A stretch of 64,000 nt of DNA from the human T2T-CHM13v2.0 reference genome, Homo sapiens (GCF_009914755.1 NC_060935.1); one strand, 5' to 3'. Shown: positions 36,971 through 60,018, counted from the stretch's first letter. Notes: generated by a model from the sequence alone, not told the origin. Numbers and translations: made by a program.

Positions 36971-38710
36971 TTATATTTCAAGGTACTTCTTTTCTTATAG
37001 GTTGCCCCTAAGGTGATATTAGGTGAGAATCTAATATCATCAGGTTCTTACTTATTTACAAAGCTTGTTTTTAAATCTCCATAATTGTCATACTTTTTAG
37101 CACTTGGATTTTTTGATATGTGCTTTGTGGAATCTTAGCAATCAAAGATAAAGGAATTCCTGCTGGGAAAGATAGTAAATGAAACTTTTAATTAATGTGA
37201 TCGTATACTATAGAGATTTTATGCTCTGAAAGTAGGTAACCAGTATTGTAGTACTATTTTGTGAGTAATGCTTAGGAGAACTCATGCATTCTTCTACTTT
37301 CTATCTTATTTAATATTCTTCAGGCCAAAACTCATTATTAGATGGTACCAGAAACCCCTTCTCTTGTCTTTTATCTATTTCAAATGATCACTTTTCTAGC
37401 AAGTGGCTTTCAGTTAGATTACTGCAAATGCTGTCTATTCTGGGATCTTGGAAAGTACAAGAAAAAAAAAGGATCTTTCAAGCCCCTCTACAAGGGACCC
37501 CCATCCTTTAATGTAATACCAAGTTTTACATCTACTGTATGGTCAGTGTTAGGTGCTATGTAGAGGTCTGTGGTTTTTAAACTATTTGATTATAGATCTT
37601 TTATCAAATGAAATCATACACAGAGTTGTAGTATTTACAAGAAAATTAGATTTTTGTTAGGCTAAATGTATTTTGTGTTTGATTTTGTGCCTTTTTATAA
37701 AGGCATTTTCTTACTGGAAACTGTAGGTAGATTTATCTTTTTAAGTTTTAATATTTAAAATAGATAAATTGTACTTAACCTTACAATGGTATTGTGAGGA
37801 TTAAATATGAAAATGCAGGTAATACAGTGCCTAGCACATAGTAAATATGCAGTCAGATTTAGCACCAAATACAGGGCCTGCCACATAAGTAGTACTGGAT
37901 AATTATTTGTTGAATGAATGATATGAATTATTTCACTAACAATTATCAGTGAAAGACATTGAGGCTTTTTGATAAACCAAAAATTTTGAATTACCAATTA
38001 AGGATAGCTCTTATACTCTAGCATTTGAAGCTCACTGAATTTGGATTAAAGAGTACTAGGTTCTAATTCTTGCTGTGCTGTGTCTAGAAGTATGACTTTG
38101 AACAAGTAACTTACATAACCTTTCGGGGGCCTCAGTTTTAATATCTGTAAAGTGAGGATGTAAAGTGAAGTAGATGGTCTTCAATTATCATTTAAATAAT
38201 ATGATTCTCTGGCTCTGGTACATTCTAGATTTCTTCCTCAGTTGTCATAATTCTTACAGGTAGTAACTTTTGGGCAATAAGGCATATAGGAATTATGCTA
38301 CAAGAACTCCAGTGTCTAATTCTGGCAAATTCCTGTTTTAGCATGACCTTAGATGACTAGTCTAATTGGTTCAGCATCTTCCTTTGTTAATGTGATGATC
38401 ATTATTTTGCCCTGCTTTGTATGTTGCAGTAAATAAAGTGCTGTGTAAATGCTAATTATTAGTGATTATCAACTGAATTATTTAATCTAGCGTGAGAGAT
38501 GTAAAGGGCTATGGAAGTTCAGGATATTTGTCACTGACCAAAGTCTATGATTAGTGTATGTTTTTAGATTGTAATTAAAGAAGACCGGTATAGTTAGACC
38601 AAGAAGTTTAAAGGCCTTTCTTGCAGCTTTCAAAAGTGAAAACCTTTTAAAATTGTCTTATTTATGAATAAATCTTTAAAAATATAATCCATTTCATTGC
38701 AGTGAAATAA

Positions 38711-39145
<435 letters not shown>

Positions 39146-39399
39146 TAATTATATTCTGCCTTAAGTTGTTTGGGAAAATAGGCAAAAGAAACAATGAAAG
39201 AATTAGTGGTTTTCTGTTTGTTTTTGCTATTTTATGGTATATTATGTAACAGCTTGTAATGAAGCCTTTATCATATTATAGTTGGTTGCTGAGTAATTAA
39301 GTTATGATAGACTCTCATAGTTTGGGGAAGAAAATCAGATCCCTGCCTCTCACATACCTAGTGTAGTGAAGATAGTTTTTTGTGTTTTAGTATCCAGAT

Positions 39400-40928
<1,529 letters not shown>

Positions 40929-41295
40929 TGAGTAGCTGGGACTACAGGCGCCTGCTACCACGCCCAGCTAATTTTATTTTTGTATTTTTAGTAGAGTCGG
41001 GGTTTCACTGTGTTAGCCAGGATGGTCTCAATCTCCTGGCCTCGTGATCCGCCCGCCTCGGCCTCCCAAAGTGCTGGAATTACAGGCATGAGCCACCGCG
41101 CCCGGCCTTAAGTTAACGTTGTTATACTTGTCTGTTTTTACACATATGTGACTATTTCCCCAGCGTTAGGGTGCTACTGCTTATCAGTTTCACTTCTAGC
41201 TCTGTGCCTTATTTTTCTAGTTACTGTCAAAGTTAGTGTCTTCTGTTATGTAAAAATGTTCGTAATTTATTAGTAAAAACTACATTGTTCAGCAC

Positions 41296-41309
41296 CCAGC
41301 AGATGGTGG
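41296..41309 (+). promoter_or_regulatory. CTCF-like core CCAGCAGATGGTGG
   Basis: Near match to the CTCF core CCASYAGRKGGCRS; binding not shown. Confidence 0.35.
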
Positions 41310-43320
41310 GTGCTAAAGTGGAATGAAAAGAGTTACCAAACAAGGAATACAAAATAATTCCTATCTTGGTATCATTTAAAGTGAATCTATGCTAGAAAGA
41401 TTCCATAAAGAAAAAAAATGAATCTATATACCTACATATACAGGGAATCTGAAGTAATTTTTAAAAGCAATGTCAGAATGGTTTTCTTTTCTTATGGCCA
41501 AGTAGGCTTTTACTGGACCTGACCTTCCTGCATATAACTGGACAAAATTTTTAAAAAACAAAGACCCGAAGGCACTGGAGGATGAACGGGAGCAGTCAGA
41601 TTCTGAAAGAGAGTTGACACATGTAAGAAGAGACAGCATGAAATTAGTTTTTTATTTTTACTGCTTTTAGCTAGAGGACAGGCTGAAGTGGGCACCTGAC
41701 AGGCTGGCTTAAACCTTCATAGAAAACCTAAGCAGTGGACAGCATTTGGGTCAGCCACAACCACTGAGTCAGTGGAATGTAAGGGGAGGAGGAATCTTGG
41801 AAGGGAGAGATCCAGAGAGTGACAGCCTAAAATTCTGTAGATAAAATAAACTGTGTTTAAGCCTCTGTTTAATTGTAAACCACACTTAACACAAAAGATT
41901 ATAAGCAGCACAACTAGAGATGAAAGAAGTGAACTGGGCCGGGTGCAATGGCCCACGCCTGTAATCCCAGCACTTTGGGAGGCCAAGGCGGGTGGATCAC
42001 GAGATCAGGAGTTCAAGACCAGCCTGGTCAAGCTGGTGAAACCCCATCTCTACTAAAAATACAAAAATTAGCCGGGCACATTGGCAGGCGCCTGTAATCC
42101 CACCTACTCAGGTGGCTGAGGCAGGAGAATCGCTTGAACCCCTGGGGGTGGAGGTTGCAGTGAGCCAAGATCATGCCATTGCACTACAGCCTGGGTGACA
42201 GAGTAAGACTCCGTCTCAAAAAAAAAAAAAAAAAGAAGAAGTGAGTTTGTAGTTTGAAGGCCAGGCACAGTGGCTCATGCCTGTAATCCCAGTACTTCAG
42301 GAGGCTGAAGCAGGTGGATCACTTGAGCCCAAGAGTTCAAGGCCAGCCTGGGCAGCATGGTGAAACCCCATCTCCACTAAAAAATACAAAATTAAGCCAG
42401 GCATGGTGGCCTGTGCCTGTAGTCCCTGAGCCCAGGGAGGTCAGGGGTGCAGATCGCACCACTGCACTCCAGCCTGGGTGACAGAGTAAGACTCTATCTT
42501 GAAAAAAAAAGTTTGCAGTTTGAATCTAACCAAATTTATTACATGTTAAAACAAAAGTAATGATACTCTCCAGAGGAATAGAACACAGTCTGGAATTTGT
42601 ACAGCATAATATTCACAATGTCCAGGATATAATCCAAAACTACATGTTTTAAGAACCAAGAAATTATAACTCAGTCTGAAGAAAAAGAGACAATCGATAG
42701 AAACTAACTGCATGTGTTGGAATTAGGAGTCAGGATTTTAAGGGTTTTCATTTTAATCACTCAAAGAAGTAAAGGGAAATATTCTTGTATTGAATAAAAA
42801 AGAAAATCTCAACCTAGAAATCGAAACAAAAAAGAGTCAGGTGGGGATTCTAGAACTGTAAAATATAACCACTGAAATTAAAATTCAGCAGGTGACCTTA
42901 ACAGCAAAATGGAGATGACAGGGGAAGAAGCTGGTGAACTTGATAGCATACTAAAGAACAGAAAGAACACATATTTTTTAAAAGTGTCACCAGAGCTTCA
43001 GAACCCTGTGGGACAATATCAAAAGACCTAACTTTGGCCAGGCACAGTGGCTCACGTCTGTAATCCCACCACTTCAGCACTTAGGGAGGCCGAGGCAGGA
43101 GGATCACTTGAGCCCAGGAGTGCGAGACCTGCAAAACCTATTTTTTATAATTGGAGTCCTAGCAGGAGAGGAAAGTGAGAGAGAGACTGGAGAAGGACAT
43201 ATTTAAAGATAAAATGGCTGAAATTTTCTTAAATTTTATGAAAGGCACATTTACTGATGAAAGACGCTCATCAAACACCACCTACTAGGATAATTACAAA
43301 GAAAACCATACCTTGGTGTA

Positions 43321-43892
43321 TGTGTCGGGGTCCCCAAGATAACCATCAGGGCCAGTGATTTGCTAGAAGGACCCATAGGACTCATAAACTGTAAACTAGC
43401 AGTTAATGGTTTATTACAGCAAAAGGACATAGGTTAGAATTGGCCAGAGGAAAAGACACACGGGATAAAATCTAGGAGAGATCAGATGCAAGCTTCCAGG
43501 TATTGAATGGAGTCATACAGGGATGTACTTAATTCTTTTACAGTGATGCGTGATAACATGTGCAAAGGATTCCCAACCAAGGAAGCTCTTTCAATCTTTG
43601 GTGTCTAGCACGGCATGCAGTGCCCATATGACTGAACTCAGCTACTCAGACCCCAGACCCCCAGAGCAAAAACATGTACTGGCAATAAATCATATTGTTA
43701 GGATAAATTTATCTGATACAGCATGGCCTAAGACCTCAGGCATGCAAAAATACTTATGAAGCAGAATATTCAAAGGGCTCAGAGGCCATCTCCAAGGAGC
43801 CAGCAAAGGGCTAGTCCTGAAGACAGACCTTTCTTTGGCATGTGCAGGGCTTGGCATTCTAGGCCTGCTGAGTTTTCACCCTTTCCTATACA
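43321..43892. mobile_element. MER21/MER77-like ERVL solo LTR inserted in L1 ORF1
   Basis: TG...CA termini, 5-bp TSD gtgta (43316-43320, 43893-43897), tgtcggggtccccaaga...gatttgctagaaggac...ttattacagcaaaagga signature. Confidence 0.8.
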
Positions 43893-44092
43893 GTGTATCG
43901 TAGTCAAGTTGCTGAAAACCAAAAATAAGGAGAAAATCTTGAAAGTAGCTAGAGAAGAGGCTGGGCGCGGTGGCTCACGCCTGTAATCCCCACACGTTGG
44001 AAGGCCGAGACAGGTGGGTCACAAGGTCAGGAGTTCGAGACCAGCCTGACCAACATGGTAAAACCCCATCTCTACTAAAAATACAAAAATTA

Positions 44093-44323
<231 letters not shown>

Positions 44324-44821
44324 TTACTAGAAACCACAGATGTTTAAAAGGCAGTAGAGTAACATCTTATAAAGTGCCCAACAGGGAAAAAAAACCTGTC
44401 AACCCAGGTTTCTGTATTCAGGAAAAAAACAACAAAAAAAACAAAAAAACTGCAAGATTAAAAGACATTTTTAGATAAAAGAAAACTAAAAGAATTCTAC
44501 CAGAAGACCTGCACTACAAGAAATGCTAAAGGAAGTTTTTCAGATTAAAGGAAAGTGATACCAAATAAAAACTCAGACCTTTAGGAAGGAATGAAGAGAA
44601 TTGGAAGTGGTAAACACCTGGGTGAATATGAAAGGCTTATTTTTTTCCTCTTAATTTCTTAAAATATATAGGATTGCTTAAAGCAAAAATTGTAATAACG
44701 TGTATAGAGGTTATGATGTTTATTTCTTAGGACAATTATAACAGAAAAAAACGAGTATATGGACTGTACTATAGCAAAGGTTTCTGCTTTTTTTTTTTTT
44801 TTTTTTTTTTTTTTTGTTTGA

Positions 44822-45130
<309 letters not shown>

Positions 45131-45310
45131 TAATGGTACTATAAATATATATATATTTGGAGACAGGGTCTCGCTCTGTCACCCAGGCTGTAGTGCAGTG
45201 AGTGGCATGAACACAGCTCACTGTACCTCAACCTCCCAGGCTCAAGCAATCCTCCCACTTCACCTTTTTGGGACTATAGGTATATGCCACGATGCCCAAC
45301 TAGTTTTTAA

Positions 45311-45631
<321 letters not shown>

Positions 45632-46247
45632 TAAATATAAAGACACAGGTTGAAAGTAAATGGATGGAAAAGATATCCCAAAAAATTTATAAATGTATGC
45701 CATGCAAACAGTAAGCATAAGAAGATGAAAGCTTTTATCAGAAATAAATAAGGGACATCTTATCATGATAAAAGATACCAGGAAGTCTTGACAGTTATAA
45801 GTGTGTATGTGCCTAATAATGGCTTCAAAATACACAAAGCAAAAATTGACAGAATTGGCTGGGCAATGGCCCATGCCTGTAACCCCAACATTTTGGGAGG
45901 CCAAGGTGAGAAGATCACTTGAGACTAGTTTGAGACCAGCCTGGGCAACATAACCCTTAACCCAACATAACCCTACCCTGGAGTTTTTTTGTAGAGACCC
46001 CCATCTCTACAAAAATTCAAAAATTAACTGGTTTGGTGGCATGCATCTGTAGTCCCAGCTACTCAGGAGGCTGAGGCGGAGGATTGCTTGAGCCCAGGAG
46101 GTGGAGGCTGCAGTGAACCATGATCACACCACTGCACTCCAGCCTGGTGACAGAGTGAGACCCTGTCTCCCAAAAAGGCAGAATTAAGGAGATATATTGG
46201 CAATCTGTAATAATTGGAAAATTTAATACCTCTTTCTCAGCAATTAA

Positions 46248-46595
<348 letters not shown>

Positions 46596-46612
46596 TAATT
46601 TTTGTATTTTAA

Positions 46613-46876
<264 letters not shown>

Positions 46877-46993
46877 TAGATAAAAGAAGAAATCACAAGA
46901 AAAATATTAAGTGATTTAAACTGAATCACTTAAACTGAACAATGAAAATAAATCAAACTTGTGGAATACAGTGCTGAGAGGGAAATTATATAG

Positions 46994-47283
<290 letters not shown>

Positions 47284-48564
47284 TGAGCCACTGCGCCCAG
47301 CCATGTATATAGCTTTAAATGCTTATATTGGAAAAGACAAAAATCTAAAACAGTGATCTAAGGTTCGAACTTGAAAATCTAGAAAAAGAAGAGCAAAGTA
47401 AACCCAGTAAGTAGAAAGAAAAAAAAAGAGCTGAAATCAATGGAATAAAAAAACAAACAATAGAAAAAATTAACAAAGCCAAAATTTGGTTCCTGGAAAG
47501 TTCAACAAAATTATTTTTTATTTTTTTGGAAACAGGGTCTTGCTCAGTCACCCAGACTGAAGTGCAGTAGCATGATCATAGTTCATTGTAATCTCAAACT
47601 CCTGGGCTTCAGCGATCCTCCTGCCTCAGCCAAGTAGCTAGGACTACAGGCAGGCATCTAGGGACTACAGGCACGCACTATCATACTTTATTAATTTTTA
47701 AAAATTTTTTGTAGAAATGGGGTCTCATGTTGCTCGGGCTGGTCTCGAACTCCTGGCCTCAAGTGATCCTCCCACCTTGGCCTCCTAAAGCGCTGAGGTT
47801 ATAGGTGTGAGCCACTTTTGGCCAAAATTATTTCTTGACTGGACAAGAAAAAAAAAAAAGCACAGATTACCAATATCAAGCATGAAAAAAGGGTTTTCCA
47901 TTCAGATCCTACAGATATTAAAAGAACAGTAGATTATTATGAACAATTTTATGCCAACAGATTTATCAACTTAGAGAAATGGACAAAATCCTTGAAAAAT
48001 GCTACTTAATGCTAACACAATTTATATTAAAGAAATTAAATTCAGTATCAAAACTCTTTCCACAAAGAAAATTCCAGGCCCAGAGTTTTCACTGGAGAAT
48101 TCTTCGAAGCATATAAGGAAAAAGGAGAGGAGAATACTTCCCAATTTATAAACTAGTATATATGTCATATATAATACATATGTATAGAGTAATACCAAAA
48201 CTGGACAAAGACATGGCAAATACAATTATAGACTAATATTATTCATGAACGTAAATGAAAAATCCTTCAGAAGATATTAGCAGATCATACCAGCAACATA
48301 ATAAGATAATGAATGCATCAAGGCTAATTAGGGTTTGTTACAGGATATACAGGATACAAGGTTGTTTTAAGATTAAATAATCAGGGCTGGGCTCAGTGGC
48401 TCACGCCTATAATCCTAGCACTTTGGGAGGCCGAGGCAGGTGGATCACTTGAGGTCAAGAGTTCAAAACCAGCCTGGCCAACATGGTGAAACCCTATCTC
48501 TACTAAAAATACAAAAAAAAAAAGGCTGGGCACAGTGGCTCACGCCTGTAATCCCAGCACTTTG

Positions 48565-48896
<332 letters not shown>

Positions 48897-49020
48897 CTAT
48901 GGCATAAGTTCAGTTCATAAAAAGTGTTTGAAAATGTTTGGCTGAGTGCAGTGGCTCATTCCTGTAATCTCAACACTCTGGGAGGCTGAGGTGGGAGACT
49001 TGCTTGAGCCTAGGAGTTCA

Positions 49021-49392
<372 letters not shown>

Positions 49393-50083
49393 CTACAAAC
49401 AAGGAATAGAAGGTAATTCCCTCAGTCTAATAAACAGCATCTGTTGAAAACTACAGCTGATGTCATCCTTAATACTGAAATGCTGAACACTTTCTCCTGA
49501 AGATTGGGTACAATGTTCACTCTCACCATTTGTATACAACATACTGGAGGTCACTTTGGGAGGCCGAGGTGGGCAGTTCATTTGAGGTCAGAGTTTGAGA
49601 TCTGCCTCACCAACATGGTGAAACCCCCATCTCTACTAAAAATACAAAAATTAGCCAGGTGTGGTGGTGCACACTTGTAATCCCAGTACTCAGGAGGCTG
49701 AGGCAGGAGAATCCCTTGAACTCAACAGGCAAAGGTTGCAGTGAGCCGAGATCACACCACTGCACTCCAGCATGGGTAACAAATCAAGACTGTCTCAAAC
49801 AAAAATAGCCAGGCACAGTGGCTCATGCCTGTAATCCCAGTACTTTGGGAGGCCGAGGTGAGCGGATCACTTGAGGTCAGGAGTTTGAGACCAGCCTGGC
49901 CAACATGGTGAAACCTCTACTAAAAATAGAAAAATTAGCCAGGCATGGTGGCACACACCTGTAATCCCAGCTACTCAGGAGGCTGAGGCAGGAGAATTGC
50001 TTAAACCCAGGAGGCGGAGGTTGCAATGAGCCGAGTTCACGCTACTGCACTCCAGCCTGGGTGATAGAGGGAGACTCTGTCTC

Positions 50084-50085
<2 letters not shown>

Positions 50086-50130
<45 letters not shown>
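50086..50130 (+). repeat. (AC)~22 microsatellite
   Basis: Uninterrupted AC run derived from an Alu tail. Confidence 0.97.
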
Positions 50131-50134
<4 letters not shown>

Positions 50135-50899
50135 CATACTGGAGGTCCTAGCCACTGAATTATGGCAATAAATGGAAATAGAAGGAATCAGGATTAGAAA
50201 GGAAGAAGTTAAACTTTCTTCATTTGCAGATGACATGATTGTTTACATAGAAAATCCTAAGAAATCCACAAAACAACTATTAGGATTAATAAGTGAACTT
50301 AGCAGGATTGCGGGATAGATATTAGGTTGATAAACAAAACTCAATTTTGTTGTTATATATTAATAGCAAAATTTGACAATAAAAAAAAAACTTTTTTTGA
50401 GACAGCCTTTCTCTGTCGCCCAGGCTGGAGTGCAGTGGCGCAATCTCTGCTCATTGTAACCTCCGCCTCTAGCTGAGACTGCAAGTGTGCACCACCATAC
50501 TTGGCTAATTTTTGTAATTGTAGTAGAGACAGGGTTTCATCTTGTTGCCCAGGCTGGTCTCGAACTCCCAACCTCAAGTGATCTGCCCACCTCAGCCTCC
50601 CAAAGTGCTGGGATTACAAGGTGTGAGCCACAATGCCCGACCTAGAAAATTATTTTTTTAAATAAGTAGTTCCATTTACAATAGCACCAAAAGCATAAAA
50701 TACTTGGAATAAATTTAGCTAAAAAAGTACTTAAGACCGCAGTACTAAAAGCTACCAAACACTGCAGAGAGAAGCTAAAGAATGACTAAGAGGAGAGAGG
50801 TGCTATGTTCATGAATTGGAAGACTCAGTGTTGTTAAGATGTCAGTCCTACTCACACTGATCTATGGATTCAAGACAATTCAAAGTCCCAGATTCTAAC

Positions 50900-50902
<3 letters not shown>

Positions 50903-50965
<63 letters not shown>
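50903..50965 (+). repeat. (TC)~31 microsatellite
   Basis: Uninterrupted TC run at the tail side of an antisense Alu. Confidence 0.97.
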
Positions 50966-50971
<6 letters not shown>

Positions 50972-51339
50972 CAACCCCTGTTTCCTGGGCTCAAGCCATC
51001 CTCCCACCTCAGCCTCCTGAGTGGCTAGGATTGCAGGCATATGCCACCACACCGAGCTAATTTTTGTATTTTTAGTAAAGATGGAGTTTTGCCATGTTGC
51101 CCAGGTTGGTCTTGAACTCATCAGCCCAAGCATTCTGCCCAATTTGGCTTCCCAAAGTGTTGGGATTACCAGTGTGAGCTAAAGCGCCTCACCAATTCTA
51201 ACATTTCTGTGGAAATACACAGAGCAAAGAACAAAATTGGAGAACTTGGAACATTTATTTAAAGACATTATAAAACTCCAGTAATAAAGACAGTATGGTA
51301 CTGACGAGTCTACAAGTAAAGAAACAGAGAACCCAGAAA

Positions 51340-52522
<1,183 letters not shown>

Positions 52523-52552
52523 ATTCTAACTTCACATGATGTGCAGAAATTA

Positions 52553-53023
<471 letters not shown>

Positions 53024-55575
53024 TCACATTTTTAGATCCATACTATTCACCTGGAGAGGGGTAGACAATGCCATTTTGTTTTCTGTTTTATAAATCTGAA
53101 ATTGAGGGCAAAGGGGATGGTAGGTTATTTTAATGAACAAACAACTATTTTTTCTGAGAGTGTGAGATGAACATTAGTTTGAAAGGGGTTCCTACATATT
53201 TCTCTGGCCTGCTGCCAGACTTATCTATGGCCAAAAGTATGTGTGTCTGTCTTTGACAGTGACAGCTTTGTATTCTGTCAGTGATCTTTCTGTGCCTTTT
53301 GAGGGGGTGGATTTCCTTGGTTAAGGATAAATCTGTAGCAGAGCAGAGTCTTAACCCATTTCAGCAGCCACAAAATTTGGGCCTGAGTTTACAAACACAT
53401 CACCTGACGTCTCTTTTGCAACTCAAAAGTGGCTTCATTTATTATAACTATTAATGTGAAAGTAACCAAAGAAAAGAAATAATCTGTGTAAAAATGTCTG
53501 CATCTTTGTCTTTACATAAATTGTTCATATTAAAAAGCTTAACTGTTTCCCCTTTATTAACAGTTTCCTTTTTGAGGTTATAAAACATGGCCTTTTTTTT
53601 CCTTTTAGTTATTTCAGGCATGTTTGAGTGTTCTTAGGGATGTGTTATAGACAAGTTTTAAGAAACTGTTGCAAGGAAGGTGGAATGAATTGGAGATTTA
53701 TTTGTTCTTAAAAAATGAAGTGGCTGGGTTCAGTGATTCACGCCTGTAATTCCAGCACTTTGGGAGGCCAAGGAGGGCAGATTGCTTGAGCCCAAGAGTT
53801 TAAGACCAGCGTGGGCATCAAACTGAGACCCCCATCTGTACAAAAAATTTAAAAAATTAGCCAGGCATGGTGGCATGTACCTGTAGTCCCATCTACTTGG
53901 GAGGCTGAGGCAGGAGGATCACCTGAGCTCGGGAAGTCGAGGCTACAGTGAGCTGTAGTCACACCAGCCTGGGTGACAGAGTGAGACCCTGTCTTTAAAA
54001 AAAAAAAAAAAAAAGAAGGTAAAGCTGACAGACTACTAAACCTTGAAATTTCTTTCACATTTGTTCCTTTTCAGAATAAGTATTTGAACAGCTCTTCTTT
54101 TCTACCTTTGAGGTGTATACTTGGGAGAATAAAGTCAATTGACTTTTGGAAATGGCTAGTTAGAATCAAAACAAGAGCTTTCCCCAAATTCGGTAATAAA
54201 ATTAACGGGTGAGGAATCAGTAAGGTTTACTGCTGTTCCTCCTGGAAATGGCACAAGACTGATTTCCTTTTTCCTTAGCCTGAGATTACCATTGGATGTG
54301 TTAGTGCCCTCTTCAGGTGTAACTTGGGTACTGCAGCCGGCGTCCTTAAATAACAGGGACAAGAAATAGATACTTTAATAAAATAAAACTTTAAAATAAA
54401 TACCTTAAAGTTTTTAAAATAAAAGTAATATGGCCACATTACAAAAGATTTGGAAAATAAAAAGAAGGAATCAGTCGTAATTCCACCAGCAACGTAAACT
54501 CTTGGTGCAGACATTCCTTGTCAGATGTTTCATCTGTCATTAGCAAAATAATATAACTGAAAAATTAGTGATTTTACTTATGTAATGAATCACGAAAAGA
54601 GAAAAAAGTAAGGTCCTTTAAATGAAAAAAAATTAAGTGATATGATATTAAAGATAAAGTTGTAACCTGAAAAGTAAGGGAACATTGACTTCGTTCTTTT
54701 GAGAATTTTTGGCTTTTTATTTTTCCAGTACCTTTTGAACTAGCTTGGGTCACTTCCCTGTAGGACTTTAGGAAGAGACTAGCCAAGGCTTCATTCTTTC
54801 TCTATAAGGTTGTGTACTAGTGTGGCAGTTCGTTAGCCCATTGCCTCACAATTCTCTTCTGTTTTAGAACACCCAAGATAACACATAGCACACCCAAAGA
54901 AAAGGACATTCCCTGTCTGTATCAGTGGCTCTCTCCAGTAGTGATTCTCTACCTGACACATAACCAGAATCAAGCAATAATTTGTCCATAGCTTTAAAAA
55001 GGTGACATGCACCATCAGGAGTCAGGATCTACTCCCCATCCCACGTCCTTTATCCCATCTCACATGCAGCTGAGAGTCACTGACTTGGACAGTCTTCTCT
55101 AAAGAGTCTGCTCATAGAAGGTAAATTTAAGACATAAAAATGTTTAAGACTCTTAATCAAAAGACTTTAATTTTTTCTGATAAATTCAAAAAGATAGACT
55201 TTAACCAGCCCTGATGTTTGAGTGTAGATGATGAGGGAGAAAGAAGAGTGAACCCTATTTCTGTATTTGTCTTGGGTTTCTGGGTGGATGGTAGAACTAT
55301 TTTCTGATCAGGGAAGAATGTCAGTCAGAAATGATGTTTTCTTTGATGTGTGGAATTTGAGGGGCTGAGATGCCTCAAAGTGATCCCTTCTGTTTCCGTA
55401 GCTTCAAATTACTACCTACATGTTGATAACTCCCAAATCTATACTCTATGTTGGTCTGGTCTGCCCCATAGGTGATGTATCATACTGCCTCTATCTCCTG
55501 GTCCTCTGTCTCCGTATATCATTTACACACCAATCTATTTAATCATAGTTCTGATAGCGCAACACTTTTTCATAG

Positions 55576-55842
<267 letters not shown>

Positions 55843-56214
55843 TAGTACAGACAGGATTTCACTATGTTGGCCTGGCTGATCTCAAACTCCTGACCTCGTG
55901 ATCCATCTGCCTCGGCCTCCTAAAGTGCTGGGATAACAGGCATGAGCCACCGCGCCTGGCCTTTTTTTTTCTTTTAATAGAGATAGGGTCTCACTATGTT
56001 GCCCAGGCTGGTTTCAAACTCTTGGAATTCAAGCGATCCTCCAGCCTCCACTTCCCAAAGTGCTGGGATTACAGTCATGAGCCACCTTTAATTTCTTTGT
56101 ATCTTACTGGCAACAAAGAGGAAAGGAAAAAATCTTGTTGCTCTATAGCTAACTTTAACTTCAATTCTTAAATTTTCTGTTACAATTGTAGCAGAGGTTG
56201 GCAGTCAAATGAAT

Positions 56215-56440
56215 AATAATAGCTGATATTGTGTTACTATCTAATCAATAGTATTCTGAGCACTTCTACACATTAATCCACTTAATCCTGGCAACATCCC
56301 TATGAAGTTGATCTTGTATTATCCTATTTTACAAATGAGGGACCCGATGCACAGAGAGATTGAGTGTCTTGTCCAAAATCACAGAGCTGGCAAATGGAAG
56401 AGGATACAAACTCAGGCATTCTGGAGCCAGAGTCATTTCT
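56215..56440 (-). mobile_element. MIR
   Basis: attatcctattttacaaatgagggacccgatgcacagagagattgagtgtcttgtccaaaatcacagagctgg core. Similar MIR relics at ~2480-3020, 24280-24470, 27670-27830, 37780-38160 and 63130-63310. Confidence 0.8.
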
Positions 56441-56850
56441 GTGCTGTACTAACTCTAAAGCTGGGGATAAAGTATTTTACTAGGTAGGGATCCATGGCCA
56501 AGTGGAAGCCAGGAAGCATTAAGGGGTGAAATAATCTTTATTTTATTATAGTTATTTATTTATTTATTTATTTATTTTTTTTTTGAGATGGAGTTTCGCT
56601 CTTGTCGCCCAGGCTGCAGTGCTGTGGCTTGATCTTGGCTCACTGCAACCTCCGCCTCCTGGGTTCAATCAATTCTTGTGCCTCAGCCTCCTGAGTAGCT
56701 GGGGCTACAGGCGTGTGCCACCACGCCTGGCTAATTTTGTATTTTTAGTAGAGAGGGGGTTTCACCATGTTGGCCAGGCTGTTCCCAAATTCCTGACCTT
56801 AAGTGATCCACCCGCTTCAGCTTCCCAGAGTGCTGGGATTACAGGCATGA

Positions 56851-57102
<252 letters not shown>

Positions 57103-57169
57103 TGATCTTCCCGCCTCAGCCTCCCAAAGGGCTGGGATTACAGGCATGAGCCACTGCGCCTGGCCTGAA

Positions 57170-59131
<1,962 letters not shown>

Positions 59132-59497
59132 TCAGCTGGGCGTGGTGGTGCGCGCTTGTAATCCCAGCTACTCAGGAAGCTGAGGCAGGAGAATTGCTTG
59201 AACCCGGGAGCCAGAGGTTGCAGTGAGCCGAGATCTCGCCATTGCACTTCAGCGTGGGCAACACACTGAGACTCCGTCTCAAAACACAAACAAAAACTTG
59301 ATGAAGGAAGATAAAGGTGGGAAAGGGGCCAGGCACAGTGGCTCACGCCTGTAATTCCAGTGCTTTGGGAGGCCGAGGCAGGCAGATCACGAGGTCAGGA
59401 GTTCGAGACCAGCCTGGCCAATATGGCAAAACCCTGTCTCTAATAAACATACAAAAAATTAGCCGGGAGTGGTGGCAGGCACCTGTAATGTCAGCTA

Positions 59498-60018
<521 letters not shown>

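Noticed and set aside
54156-54362. 68-aa minus-strand ORF in non-repeat sequence
   Set aside because: No recognisable homology, non-ATG start, length expected by chance.
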